Shown here: positions 17,927-26,819 of the stretch, in pieces
Numbering within the stretch: the first letter of the stretch is position 1
Layout: each line of letters opens with the position of its first letter
Assembly (NCBI GenBank): GCA_040758355.1
Contig: JBFLWF010000022.1
Coordinates: 1 to 37,189, forward strand
Length of the DNA: 37,189 bases
Source: Nitrospirota bacterium
GTDB lineage: Bacteria; Nitrospirota; Thermodesulfovibrionia; Thermodesulfovibrionales; Dissulfurispiraceae
Direction of reading: 5' to 3'
Program-made: the position numbers and the translations under genes
The notes under the pieces: generated by a model
Seen by the model: only the letters and a program-made list of their open reading frames with translations
The model's database searches: none
Told to the model about the DNA's origin: nothing

Positions 17927-19291
17927 TCAAATCTCCAACTTTTTAATTTGCATAGCTCTTTTTGCTTCTCTATCAAGAACTGTAGAAATATACATAGGAT
18001 TTCCCTTTATCTTTTCAAGATCATTCCTATCGACAAGTATAATATCCAGATTTGTGGTATTCATTACATGATTGGCAAACCTGCGTGCATCGTCACTTAT
18101 ACTGCCCGTAGACACAACCATTATTACATTTGATTTAAGCTGATGGGTAAGCCCAACTTCTTTTGCAACATCATCAAGGGAGACTATACGAGTGTTTTTG
18201 CACTGTATTTGCCATCTACTGAAAATAAACCGCGTACCTTCAAATATTAAATCTATTTCTGCGCCTCCGGTAGTTTCTCCTCGCAAACGAGTAGCAATAT
18301 AGGTTAAATCTACCAATCGCATCAAATAGAATGCTAAAGCCTCAAGGGCCAATCCTTTAATATGTTTGCTCTTATGGGTAAGGTCTTTTAAAATATCTTT
18401 TAATGGTTTTCTTAACATCGGTCTCAAATCAGATACAGCCTGTTTTTCTAAAGCTTCAAGTAGTGGTGCTATCACCTCATTTTTCAGCTTTTCGGTTGGT
18501 TTAACTATGAATGACTTGGCTCCACGTCCTCCTGTTGGTTTTGTGATTTTAATATATCCAATATCTTGTAAAGGATATAAAACCTGTTTAGGCAGCATCT
18601 TCTCATTGTATTTAATGCCGTAAAGTTGGGTAGCCAATCGTTCAATTTCGTTTGCAGGAAAAGATTTCTCACCGGGAATATTTGCTAAGGCTTTTAGATA
18701 TGCCTTCTGTTCTTGTGAAAGCACCGCAAGGATATCAATTTCCGTTGTTCCAACACCTAAAAGGGATTCTAATATAGAATGGTCAATCTGCCAATCGGTT
18801 GATATAACAAGACCTGCCTTTTCCAACCATAATCTCATACTGCTCATACCAACAGAACCACGGGGAACATGAATCCCCCTTTCTTCAAGCCATTGACGAA
18901 ATTTTACAAGATCAAAGCGCTCAGCTCTTGCTTGCATATCCTGTGCTGTCTGGACTAAATCCAATCCTCTCAGGTTGAGTAGAATATGCTGAGCAAAACG
19001 TTTATAAAGTTGTGGGGGATTATCTTTTAATGATAGAAGTTCTTTTCCTAACTCGGTTAAGTTACCCTCTCTGTCTATAATTCCATAGGCAATCATTCCA
19101 AGAGCAGTATTCATTGCGAGCTTTGCTTGATTATAAGCATCTTTGCCCTTGGCACTGAAAAATTCTCGCTGTATTACTGCCTCCAATTCTTTTCGATCGC
19201 CCTCGTGTTTTTCACATAAATCAAGCAATTTGGGTAAATCAATCTGGCTGGGTGAAAACTGAGCGCCAAAAGGAATATCGCTTCTTTCCAT
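17927..19291 (-). CDS. Restriction endonuclease with a C-terminal Mrr-type PD-(D/E)xK domain
   Basis: LALEALA..., EIDLIF...WQIQCKN, VAKEVG, VVSTG, IILVD; 6 nt from the methylase gene. Confidence 0.8.
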   Translation of the reverse strand: MERSDIPFGAQFSPSQIDLPKLLDLCEKHEGDRKELEAVIQREFFSAKGKDAYNQAKLAMNTALGMIAYGIIDREGNLTELGKELLSLKDNPPQLYKRFAQHILLNLRGLDLVQTAQDMQARAERFDLVKFRQWLEERGIHVPRGSVGMSSMRLWLEKAGLVISTDWQIDHSILESLLGVGTTEIDILAVLSQEQKAYLKALANIPGEKSFPANEIERLATQLYGIKYNEKMLPKQVLYPLQDIGYIKITKPTGGRGAKSFIVKPTEKLKNEVIAPLLEALEKQAVSDLRPMLRKPLKDILKDLTHKSKHIKGLALEALAFYLMRLVDLTYIATRLRGETTGGAEIDLIFEGTRFIFSRWQIQCKNTRIVSLDDVAKEVGLTHQLKSNVIMVVSTGSISDDARRFANHVMNTTNLDIILVDRNDLEKIKGNPMYISTVLDREAKRAMQIKKLEI

Positions 19292-19323
19292 AAAATATCT
19301 CCTTTATATTTTTGATGCGTTTA

Positions 19324-19503
19324 TCAAATCTGTTCAATTTCAAGCTTCCAGCAACATCCGTATCGCTTCTCTTCATCGTTTTTGATCTCTGAAATCCAAT
19401 CGAACCCGCCTTCTTCAGCATGTCTAAGCTCGACATATTCTTTTAATTCCTTAATGGCCTTAAATTTTTCAGTATGTCCCATTGTATCGCACAAGAAAAA
19501 CAT
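19324..19503 (-). CDS. Small hypothetical protein, 59 aa (absent from the ORF track)
   Basis: Hand translation MFFLCDTMGHTEKFKAIKELKEYVELRHAEEGGFDWISEIKNDEEKRYGCCWKLEIEQI*. AGGAG lies upstream and the ORF fills the Sir2-REase gap. Confidence 0.6.
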   Translation of the reverse strand: MFFLCDTMGHTEKFKAIKELKEYVELRHAEEGGFDWISEIKNDEEKRYGCCWKLEIEQI

Positions 19504-19546
19504 AAGTTACTCTATTCTCCTACTGTCGGCGATAAGCATAGTGGGG

Positions 19547-20662
19547 TTAGAATTTAATTCCATATTTTTCATAGGCATTTAAATTGCCCGGATAATCTTT
19601 GAAATTTTCATATAAAATTATTGAATCTTTCTTTAATTTGCCTTTAAAAATGTTTGTAAAATGATTTACAAAGGCTTTATTTATCTTTTTCTCTTTTTCA
19701 CCTTTTATAACAGAAGGGTTAATTAATGTGAGTCTTTCTATACTTTGTCTGGCATTCCTGAGTAGCCATGCACTATAAAAATCAGTTTCCGGAAGGCTGT
19801 AGCCCCAAATGATTATTTCATTTGCTGTTTCAACTTCTTTAAAAGCGGTATTCCAAATTCGTCTTATCAAATGATATTTGCGATATTGTTTATTTAACAC
19901 AGGAGGAATAAGAAGCGGATGCATCATTTCATGACAGCTTGCACAGTAATATTCATCACCTATTTCTTTAACAGGCAGACCTTCGCCAAAGGCTCTGCAC
20001 AAATCATTATTACAGAATACCCAGTCGATAGAGCCATGTAGTTTCAAAAAATATCCATTTTTATTATCCCACGCAGTATAAGGTGGCTTTAACGCAATTT
20101 CACTTATAAGACCTCTCCCGAATCCTGACAGCCTTGCTATAAATGTATGATAAATATTTGGAATGTCTTTAGATATATCTTCGTCTTTATAATTATATGC
20201 CCATCTTAGAAACTTTTCGCGAGATAAAATGTTATCAAGAAGCACATCCCAGTTAAAAGTTATAACTGTATCCTTGGGATCTAATCGTTTAGCGAATTGA
20301 CTTAAGTCGCTTTCCTTGTCTCTAATTTTTTCTATAAGTTTTATAAGCACGGATTGAATTAGTTTTAAAATCTGGAGTCTGATTGTTTGCAAAGAAGCTT
20401 CCTGTGTCCGTTCTATGTCAATCTCTAAGCTGGTAAATACTATTTCAATATTTATTTTGTCTTTTGCAGAATTTGTATCTATACCAAAATTTTTTAATAT
20501 ATATTTATGAAGCTCCGGATGCTCCTTTTTTACATCTATGCCAAGCTCTTTTGCTTTAGAGAAAAAAACATTTATGGACGGAAACGAGTCGTCGTGACTT
20601 ATCGAACTTCCAGCACCTAAAATAAAAATGCGCTTTGAATTATTCAGATTTTGATTTGTCAT
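19547..20662 (-). CDS. SIR2-like (SIR2_2) protein with a Zn-ribbon insert
   Basis: FILGAGSS, ITFNWD, LKLHGS, CNNDLC...CASC, IPP, WGYS..ETD. Confidence 0.85.
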   Translation of the reverse strand: MTNQNLNNSKRIFILGAGSSISHDDSFPSINVFFSKAKELGIDVKKEHPELHKYILKNFGIDTNSAKDKINIEIVFTSLEIDIERTQEASLQTIRLQILKLIQSVLIKLIEKIRDKESDLSQFAKRLDPKDTVITFNWDVLLDNILSREKFLRWAYNYKDEDISKDIPNIYHTFIARLSGFGRGLISEIALKPPYTAWDNKNGYFLKLHGSIDWVFCNNDLCRAFGEGLPVKEIGDEYYCASCHEMMHPLLIPPVLNKQYRKYHLIRRIWNTAFKEVETANEIIIWGYSLPETDFYSAWLLRNARQSIERLTLINPSVIKGEKEKKINKAFVNHFTNIFKGKLKKDSIILYENFKDYPGNLNAYEKYGIKF

Positions 20663-20835
20663 GTCGTAATTGTCTCCTCAGAATACACAATATTATTCGG
20701 CTTGTTTCCAATTCATATTTCCACATGCAATATCTTTACTTTAATTTCTATTTTTCTTCAACTGAATCAATTGAATCATATTTTTAAGCTGTTTGTCAAG
20801 CAAAAAGATAGTTCCAAACAATCCAATGGATTGCA

Positions 20836-20870
20836 TTGACCAAAGATATTTGGTAATATTATGTATTACC
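20836..20870 (+). promoter_or_regulatory. Putative promoter and palindromic operator of the TA operon
   Basis: TTGACC -35-like hexamer; GGTAATA-ttatg-TATTACC inverted repeat (20852-20870) covers the -10 region. Confidence 0.55.
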
Positions 20871-20887
20871 TTTTTAGAGGCAATGCT

Positions 20888-21163
20888 TTGAGAATAAGAG
20901 ATTTCAAATGGGATGACGGCAATGTGCTGCACATTGAACTCGGACACGGGGTTAAGCCTGAAGAAGCAGAGGAGGTATTTGCAGTAAAACCCCTGTTTCG
21001 CAAAACAAAAAAGGGACATTATGTTGCAATGGGGCCAACTCTTGACGGTAGATACCTTACAATAGTTTTTGAACTAAAAAATAACGGTATCGCCAGAATA
21101 ATTACAGGCTGGGACATGACCCACGCAGAAAAGGGGTTTTGGAGTAAACATAAACACAAGTAA
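20888..21163 (+). CDS. BrnT-family toxin
   Basis: F.WD..N..H....HGV..EAEEVF, GRYLTIVF, RIITG. TTG start at 20888 follows GAGG. Confidence 0.8.
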   Translation: MRIRDFKWDDGNVLHIELGHGVKPEEAEEVFAVKPLFRKTKKGHYVAMGPTLDGRYLTIVFELKNNGIARIITGWDMTHAEKGFWSKHKHK

Positions 21164-21169
21164 TTCATT

Positions 21170-21475
21170 GTGGAGGAACAAAAAATGAAGACAACAAAAA
21201 TAAAAAAAGAAATAACCGATGAACAGTACTATGACACTCATGGCGTACTCACAGACATGATTGATGAGGATATTGACCTTAGCCTTGACGAAGAACTCAG
21301 ACAGGATATTTTGAAAGGAAAAAGAAAGAGAAAGCTCAGGAATATCTCAATAAAGATAGATCCCCTGTACCTTCAATTTATTAAAAAAATTGCCACATCA
21401 AAAGGCATTCCTTATCAGACACTCGTGAGATTGTGGCTTACCGAAAAAATCGGAAAGGAATTAAAAATAGCTTAA
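21170..21475 (+). CDS. BrnA/CopG-like ribbon-helix-helix antitoxin
   Basis: Acidic N-terminus and C-terminal ISIKID...IKKIA..KGIPYQTLVRLWL; directly after the toxin. Confidence 0.8.
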   Translation: MEEQKMKTTKIKKEITDEQYYDTHGVLTDMIDEDIDLSLDEELRQDILKGKRKRKLRNISIKIDPLYLQFIKKIATSKGIPYQTLVRLWLTEKIGKELKIA

Positions 21476-21481
21476 TAAAGT

Positions 21482-22393
21482 CTATACCTCCGGCAGCAAT
21501 ATATTTATCTGTGAGCCGGGGAAGTAGGAAAGTTTAGTTTCTTTTGATTTTCCCCAAGACCAATCTGGAATGATTGAGAGCTTTGCCGTTCCTGAGCGGA
21601 TTGATATTTTGCCGTTCCATTGGTTGACAAAACGCCTTACTGCGGCAAGTCCGTGTCCCCTTCCCTCATCCGCATATCTCGAAGCGCCATGAAGCAATGC
21701 CTTTTCTATTGCCTCAAAATCATTTTTTAATGAAAAACGCTCTGACAGAGATTTTTTAAAGCCAACACCAATATCCATAACAGCAATCTTAACGACATTC
21801 TTATTCAAATTCTGAAAATGGTATTTCTGTATGCCAACAAATCCCTTTTTCTCGCTGTGTTCGATGATATTCTGGCATACCTCTGAAAGGGCTACTATAA
21901 AGCCGTTTATTGCCCTTTCATCATAATGGAGATGTTTTTTAAGGATTGCATTTGCACGTTCTTTAACCTTGCCCACGATAAAATGGATGTCATCCGACTT
22001 CTCTATGGGCGTAATCTCAAGCAGTACATCGGATACGGGGACTGTCCCTATTCTACGACTTCGCTTTGCTGCGTCCGTAAATAGGGACAGTCCCCTATCC
22101 AGACATTTTTCTGATATTTCAGGCTTTAATGGTTCAAGGGCAAAGTAGTTATCGGCAAACTTGAAAAAGTCCATCCTCTCAAGGTATTTCAGGACTTCTT
22201 CTGATGCAGGGAGATGGATAGTCTTTTGAATATAATTTGATTTTAGAAGTTCTCCGAGCTCAAGTATGCCTACCATTCCATAAGGGTCTATAAAAGAAAC
22301 TTCACGGAGGTCAATAATGGATGTATCATTAAAAACCTGCAAAACATGTTCAAATGTATCCTCTGTTATCTGGATAATTGCTTGCGCTGGCAT
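21482..22393 (-). CDS. STAS-like plus HATPase_c (anti-sigma/Ser kinase-like) ATP-binding protein
   Basis: IIDLREVSFIDPYG, N-box SEVCQNIIEHS, G1 DIGVG, G2 GRGHGL, IRSG, FPGSQI. ATG at 22393 follows GAGG. Confidence 0.8.
   Translation of the reverse strand: MPAQAIIQITEDTFEHVLQVFNDTSIIDLREVSFIDPYGMVGILELGELLKSNYIQKTIHLPASEEVLKYLERMDFFKFADNYFALEPLKPEISEKCLDRGLSLFTDAAKRSRRIGTVPVSDVLLEITPIEKSDDIHFIVGKVKERANAILKKHLHYDERAINGFIVALSEVCQNIIEHSEKKGFVGIQKYHFQNLNKNVVKIAVMDIGVGFKKSLSERFSLKNDFEAIEKALLHGASRYADEGRGHGLAAVRRFVNQWNGKISIRSGTAKLSIIPDWSWGKSKETKLSYFPGSQINILLPEV
22031..22100. repeat. In-frame REP-like palindrome in the HATPase gene
   Basis: GGGGACTGTCCCTATT (22037-22052) / AATAGGGACAGTCCCC (22080-22095), extended by GGATA/TATCC. 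Confidence 0.9.
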
Positions 22394-22452
22394 ATTTCCT
22401 CTCGCTTTATTATATAATAAACAAATTTTCCAACTTCCCGAAAATATATGTA

Positions 22453-22962
22453 ATGATGGTAAAAAGAATAATATCCTTAACCGCCATATCGATATTAAGC
22501 TGTTTACTCTTTTCCTCAATCACGTTGGCAACATTGCCCAAGGCCGATAAGATAATTGTTATCAAAGGCAAGAGAGTCCTGATATTATTGAAAGACAGTG
22601 AAATAATAAAAACATATAGGATCGCTCTCGGTAAAAGTCCAGATGGCCGCAAGACTCAAACAGGAGACCAGAAAACCCCTGAAGGAAATTACATCATAAC
22701 TTCGAGAAACCAGCACAGCAAGTATTATAAGGCAATCAACATATCGTATCCCAATGAATCCGACATACAAAATGCCAGAAGGCTCGGCGTGTCTCCGGGC
22801 AACAGCATAGCGATTCACGGCCTGCCAAAGGATCTGGAAGATATTGATAAATTTCACAGACGCCTTGACTGGACAGACGGGTGCATTGCTGTTACGAATC
22901 ACGAGATAGATGAAATCTGGCAGCTCGTTTCAGACGGCACGCCAATAGAGATTCGTCCTTAA
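22453..22962 (+). CDS. L,D-transpeptidase (YkuD family)
   Basis: Signal peptide, GD.KTPEG.Y, ISYPN..D, catalytic IAIHG...WTDGCIA. Confidence 0.9.
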   Translation: MMVKRIISLTAISILSCLLFSSITLATLPKADKIIVIKGKRVLILLKDSEIIKTYRIALGKSPDGRKTQTGDQKTPEGNYIITSRNQHSKYYKAINISYPNESDIQNARRLGVSPGNSIAIHGLPKDLEDIDKFHRRLDWTDGCIAVTNHEIDEIWQLVSDGTPIEIRP

Positions 22963-23038
22963 AACAATTTTGTAAGGCAGGCACTGCGGAAAGCAGCACC
23001 TGCCTTACAAATCTGAATATAGATTCGCTTAGTTTAGA
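22963..23038. repeat. Bulged-hairpin element, copy C (inverted relative to A, no core); may also terminate the convergent genes
   Basis: Reverse complement ctaagcgaat-ctatattcagat-ttgtaaggcaggtgctgc-tttcc-gcagtgcctgccttacaa aligns with copy A. Confidence 0.8.
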
Positions 23039-23044
23039 TTAGAG

Positions 23045-24061
23045 TTATCTATAAATCAGATCGAACAAGTCTTCCGCACGCCTTGCATCAAGCTTATTCA
23101 GGATTATGTATTCTTCGTATGCAGCATCCTTGTCTCCGTTTAAATAATAGGCAATGCCCAGATTAAAATGAGTATCTGGATTTCTTGAGTCGATGCCTAT
23201 GGCCTGCTCAAGGGTGTCGAGTGCTGCCGAATACTTGCCGGTAACGATGTAGATAGTGCCGAGCTTATTGTAAATTGCCTGAAAATCCGGCTTAATCTTT
23301 ACGGCATGTTTATAAGCATCGATGGCATCGGAATATTTGCCGAGCTTGTAATAAACCGCACCTAAATTCACATAGGCATCCATGTAGTCAGGTTTAATCT
23401 TTAAAGCCCTTTTGTATGCCTCTGCAGCATCGGTATATTGGTTTGATCTCTCATACTTCAGGCCTTTCATAAAATATTCTTCGGCATTGTCTCTTTTCAC
23501 TTCTGATTTTTTTGCTGGTTTCCTGATTTCAACAGGCATTTCCGGCTTTTGTGGTTCTATTAGCTGTTTTGGTGCTTCAATCAATGGTTTTTGAGGCAAT
23601 TCTTTTTTTGCAAGTTTCTTATGTAATGCAATCTGCCTTTTGATATATTCTGAAGACCTGTAATCAGGGGGAAGCTGGACAGCAGCAAGCCCTTCTGCCT
23701 TTATCTCGAACAATGCTATATCATGCCTGCGGTTGTAAGATATTAATTTATTGATAGGATAAGAGCCTTTCCCTTCAGTCCTTACAATAAGCGCATATCC
23801 CACATCTTCGAGCCATTGAGAGATTATTTTGCAGTTCGTTGCTACTATTCCGTTACTGTCGACAATAAAGCCGCTTCCGGAGGCAACCTCGTTTCCATTC
23901 CTGTCATGGATTGAAATAACAACAACCGCCTTCTTCTGTTTCTGTGCGAAGTCGGGTATTCTGGCTTCTGCCAAAACAGCGAAGGAGGCTGTAAAAAAGA
24001 ATGAAACAAGAATGATAAGAACTATCCCTGAAAAACTTCTCTTCACTTCCATCCGTGACAT
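23045..24061 (-). CDS. Exported TPR protein with a degenerate N-terminal trypsin-like half domain
   Basis: GSGFIV...G.VATNCK, DIAL, a Pro/Lys linker, then about 4 TPR repeats. Confidence 0.8.
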   Translation of the reverse strand: MSRMEVKRSFSGIVLIILVSFFFTASFAVLAEARIPDFAQKQKKAVVVISIHDRNGNEVASGSGFIVDSNGIVATNCKIISQWLEDVGYALIVRTEGKGSYPINKLISYNRRHDIALFEIKAEGLAAVQLPPDYRSSEYIKRQIALHKKLAKKELPQKPLIEAPKQLIEPQKPEMPVEIRKPAKKSEVKRDNAEEYFMKGLKYERSNQYTDAAEAYKRALKIKPDYMDAYVNLGAVYYKLGKYSDAIDAYKHAVKIKPDFQAIYNKLGTIYIVTGKYSAALDTLEQAIGIDSRNPDTHFNLGIAYYLNGDKDAAYEEYIILNKLDARRAEDLFDLIYR

Positions 24062-24651
24062 CCGTAGCAGAATGTGCTTCTGTCATTATGTCTCAAAAAG
24101 AATTGATTATCGCTTACGTGAGGGTCATGACAGCTCGAACATTCAACCCTGCCGTTCCTTAGCAGATCGGCTATGATGCCTGCACCTTTCCATCCCGAGA
24201 GCGTCGCACCCCTCGGCTTCAGGTGTCTGCTGCGCTCATTATAGGCAATGGATACCGTATGATGATTACGCGTGCTGCCTATTTCATCAGCAGACTGGAT
24301 TATCTGCGAATGTGTCAGATTACTTTTTTGCCATGCCTTTTCGTCAATGTTCAGGTTATACGCCTGTGTTCCGTCATGGCAGGAAAGGCATACCTTTGAC
24401 AGCGTATTAGGGGATGTATCTTCGGTTACTCCAGCCATGCTCGTTCCATATGTGGAATAGACTGCCGGTTTGGCCTCCTTGTTCCAGGTCTGAACGCTGC
24501 TTAGCTCTGTATGCGGGGTATGACACCAGATGCAGACCTCCACCTGATGTTTGTGTGAAAGATTATGCTTTGTGTTTTCGATTCCTGCAAATGCTACACA
24601 GGCATATAAAAGCAATGCCGCTGATATCGCAACCTTGATTTTCCTGTTCAT
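24043..24651 (-). CDS. Tetraheme c-type cytochrome, OmcE-like
   Basis: Signal peptide; CIWCH, CLSCH, CSSCH, CYGCH; IENTKHNLS, CHTPH, CHDG and FLR motifs. Confidence 0.85.
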   Translation of the reverse strand: MNRKIKVAISAALLLYACVAFAGIENTKHNLSHKHQVEVCIWCHTPHTELSSVQTWNKEAKPAVYSTYGTSMAGVTEDTSPNTLSKVCLSCHDGTQAYNLNIDEKAWQKSNLTHSQIIQSADEIGSTRNHHTVSIAYNERSRHLKPRGATLSGWKGAGIIADLLRNGRVECSSCHDPHVSDNQFFLRHNDRSTFCYGCHGWK

Positions 24652-24722
24652 AATATAATCCCAGATCCAGCGATAAGGATGGGTCTCTGTAGTGAATAGC
24701 TTAACATGCCGGCATAAAAATT

Positions 24723-26819
24723 TTATATTCCTAAAACAATCTCCCTTTCCTCCATATCAACCCTGTCGATCCTTACCTTCAATTCCTTGCCTATTGTGAA
24801 TCTCTTTTTCCTGTGAACTCCGTGAAGGCTCAGGCTCTTTTCATCATACTGATAAAAATCATCGGCCATATACGATACATGGAGAAAACCCTCTACATAA
24901 TAGTCCTTAAGCCTTATCTTCAGGCCGTATGGCGTAACAGAGACGACCTTTCCTTCAAATTCCTCTCCTACCTTATCCCTCATAAACCATACCCTCATGG
25001 CACTCAGAACAGCCCTCTCTGCCTCATCCGCCTGCCTTTCCATCCTCGATGAATGGAATGCAATATCAGGCAAAAGGGATTCCAGTTCCTTGATTCTCTT
25101 ATCACCGAGATGTTTTTTAGTTAAAACCTCCCTCAATATCCTGTGTACAACAAGGTCAGGATACCTTCTGATAGGCGAGGTAAAATGGCTATAGCTTTTG
25201 GAGGCCAGTCCAAAATGTCCTACGTTCACTGCAGAATACCTTGCTTGTTTCAGGCTCCTCAGTATCATGTGATTTATTATCTCCTCTTCAGGAGTGCCCT
25301 GAATCTGCTTGATCAGGTCAGAGAAGTCTTTTGGAGCTATAGTCTTTGTCCTTTTCAGAATTCTCAGAGAGCTTATGATTTTCATAATGCCTTCGAGCTT
25401 CATTGGATCAGGCTCTTCGTGTATCCTGTAAAGGCTTGGAATATTAAGGGCTTCGAGATGCCCTGCAACAGCCTCATTTGCAGCGATCATGAACTCCTCT
25501 ATTATCATGTGTGCAAAATTTCTCTCTGCCCTTATTATGTTCTCAGGATTTCCCTGAATATCCAGAAGCACCTCTGGCTCTGGCAGGTCGAAATCGAGGC
25601 TCCCCCTTTTAAGCCTGCGTGATTTCAGGATATTGCACAACTCTCCCATCATCTCAAAATCCTGAAGCAGATAATCGTATTTTTGTCTTTCCTTTCGGTC
25701 TTCATCCACGAGTATCTTCTTCACAGATGTATATGTCATTCTCTCATTGCTGTTGATAATGCTGGGATAAAATCTTGCATCGGTCCGCTCGCCATGCATG
25801 TCAAAATCCATCTCAACGGTGAAGGCCATCCTTTCCACTTTTGGTCTTAAACTGCACAAGTCCTCCGAGAGTTCCTTTGGAAGCATGGGGATCACCCTGT
25901 CAGGAAAATAAACGCTCGTCCCCCTTTTCCTTGCCTCCTTATCTATTAAGGAATCCCATCCCACAAAAAAACCTACATCTGCTATGTGCACCCACAGCCT
26001 GTAACCATCATCTGTTCTTTTGATTGATATGGCATCGTCAAAGTCCTTTGCCCTTTCGCCATCGATGGTTACTGTGGGAAGGCTGCACAGGTCTTTCCTT
26101 TTATGCTCTCTGTTTTTAAGCCCCTTTGCATAAAGGCTTTTCGCCTCTTCAATGACATTGTGGGGGAATCTTCTCGGCAGGTTGAATTCATCTATTATGC
26201 CTTCCACTTCATCGAGCGGTGTTTCCGGCTTTTCTAATATTTTTATTATCCTGCCCGCAGGCGGCCTTTTGTCAGATGGGTAGCTTATTATCTCTGCAAT
26301 TACGCTGTCTCCGTCCTTTGCCTTGCCTTTTTCTTTCGGGGCAATATAGAGGTCAAAGGGAACGGACCTGTTTTTAGGCCTGACATAAAATCCAGCCCTT
26401 CCGGCCTCGAATGTCCCGACCACGCGTGTATGCGCCCTTTCAAGTATTCGGATTATGGCGCCTTCCCTGCGGCGTCTGTTCTCGATCCTCGCAATAACCC
26501 TGTCGTTGTCCATTGCACCGAGGGTTGCCCTTGCAGGGATGAATACATCCCTCTCTCCAGGTTTTTCGAGTATCACGAATCCATACCCGTCCCTGTGCGC
26601 CTCAAAGTAGCCTGTAATAAGGTTCATCTCCTCGGCAGGGCCATAAAGGCCTTTCCTTGTCCTGACAATATCGCCGTCATTGACCATTTCCCTGAGAAGC
26701 CTTTTGAGTTTGCGCCTTTCGGGAGGGGTGAGATTTAAGTTATAGACGACCTCCATGAAGCTGAGGGGTTGTGTAACCCTTTCTTTAAAGAATGATATTA
26801 ACGAATCCTTTGTAATCAT
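24723..26819 (-). CDS. rnr: Ribonuclease R
   Basis: Cold-shock domains (HRDGYGFV), RNB domain (TIDGERAKDFDDAIS, HFTSPIRRYPDL), C-terminal S1. Confidence 0.95.
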   Translation of the reverse strand: MITKDSLISFFKERVTQPLSFMEVVYNLNLTPPERRKLKRLLREMVNDGDIVRTRKGLYGPAEEMNLITGYFEAHRDGYGFVILEKPGERDVFIPARATLGAMDNDRVIARIENRRRREGAIIRILERAHTRVVGTFEAGRAGFYVRPKNRSVPFDLYIAPKEKGKAKDGDSVIAEIISYPSDKRPPAGRIIKILEKPETPLDEVEGIIDEFNLPRRFPHNVIEEAKSLYAKGLKNREHKRKDLCSLPTVTIDGERAKDFDDAISIKRTDDGYRLWVHIADVGFFVGWDSLIDKEARKRGTSVYFPDRVIPMLPKELSEDLCSLRPKVERMAFTVEMDFDMHGERTDARFYPSIINSNERMTYTSVKKILVDEDRKERQKYDYLLQDFEMMGELCNILKSRRLKRGSLDFDLPEPEVLLDIQGNPENIIRAERNFAHMIIEEFMIAANEAVAGHLEALNIPSLYRIHEEPDPMKLEGIMKIISSLRILKRTKTIAPKDFSDLIKQIQGTPEEEIINHMILRSLKQARYSAVNVGHFGLASKSYSHFTSPIRRYPDLVVHRILREVLTKKHLGDKRIKELESLLPDIAFHSSRMERQADEAERAVLSAMRVWFMRDKVGEEFEGKVVSVTPYGLKIRLKDYYVEGFLHVSYMADDFYQYDEKSLSLHGVHRKKRFTIGKELKVRIDRVDMEEREIVLGI

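Noticed and set aside
22378..22519. Overlapping long N-termini of the HATPase and L,D-transpeptidase ORFs
   Set aside because: Starts at 22393 (-) and 22453 (+) remove the overlap and leave a normal divergent promoter gap.
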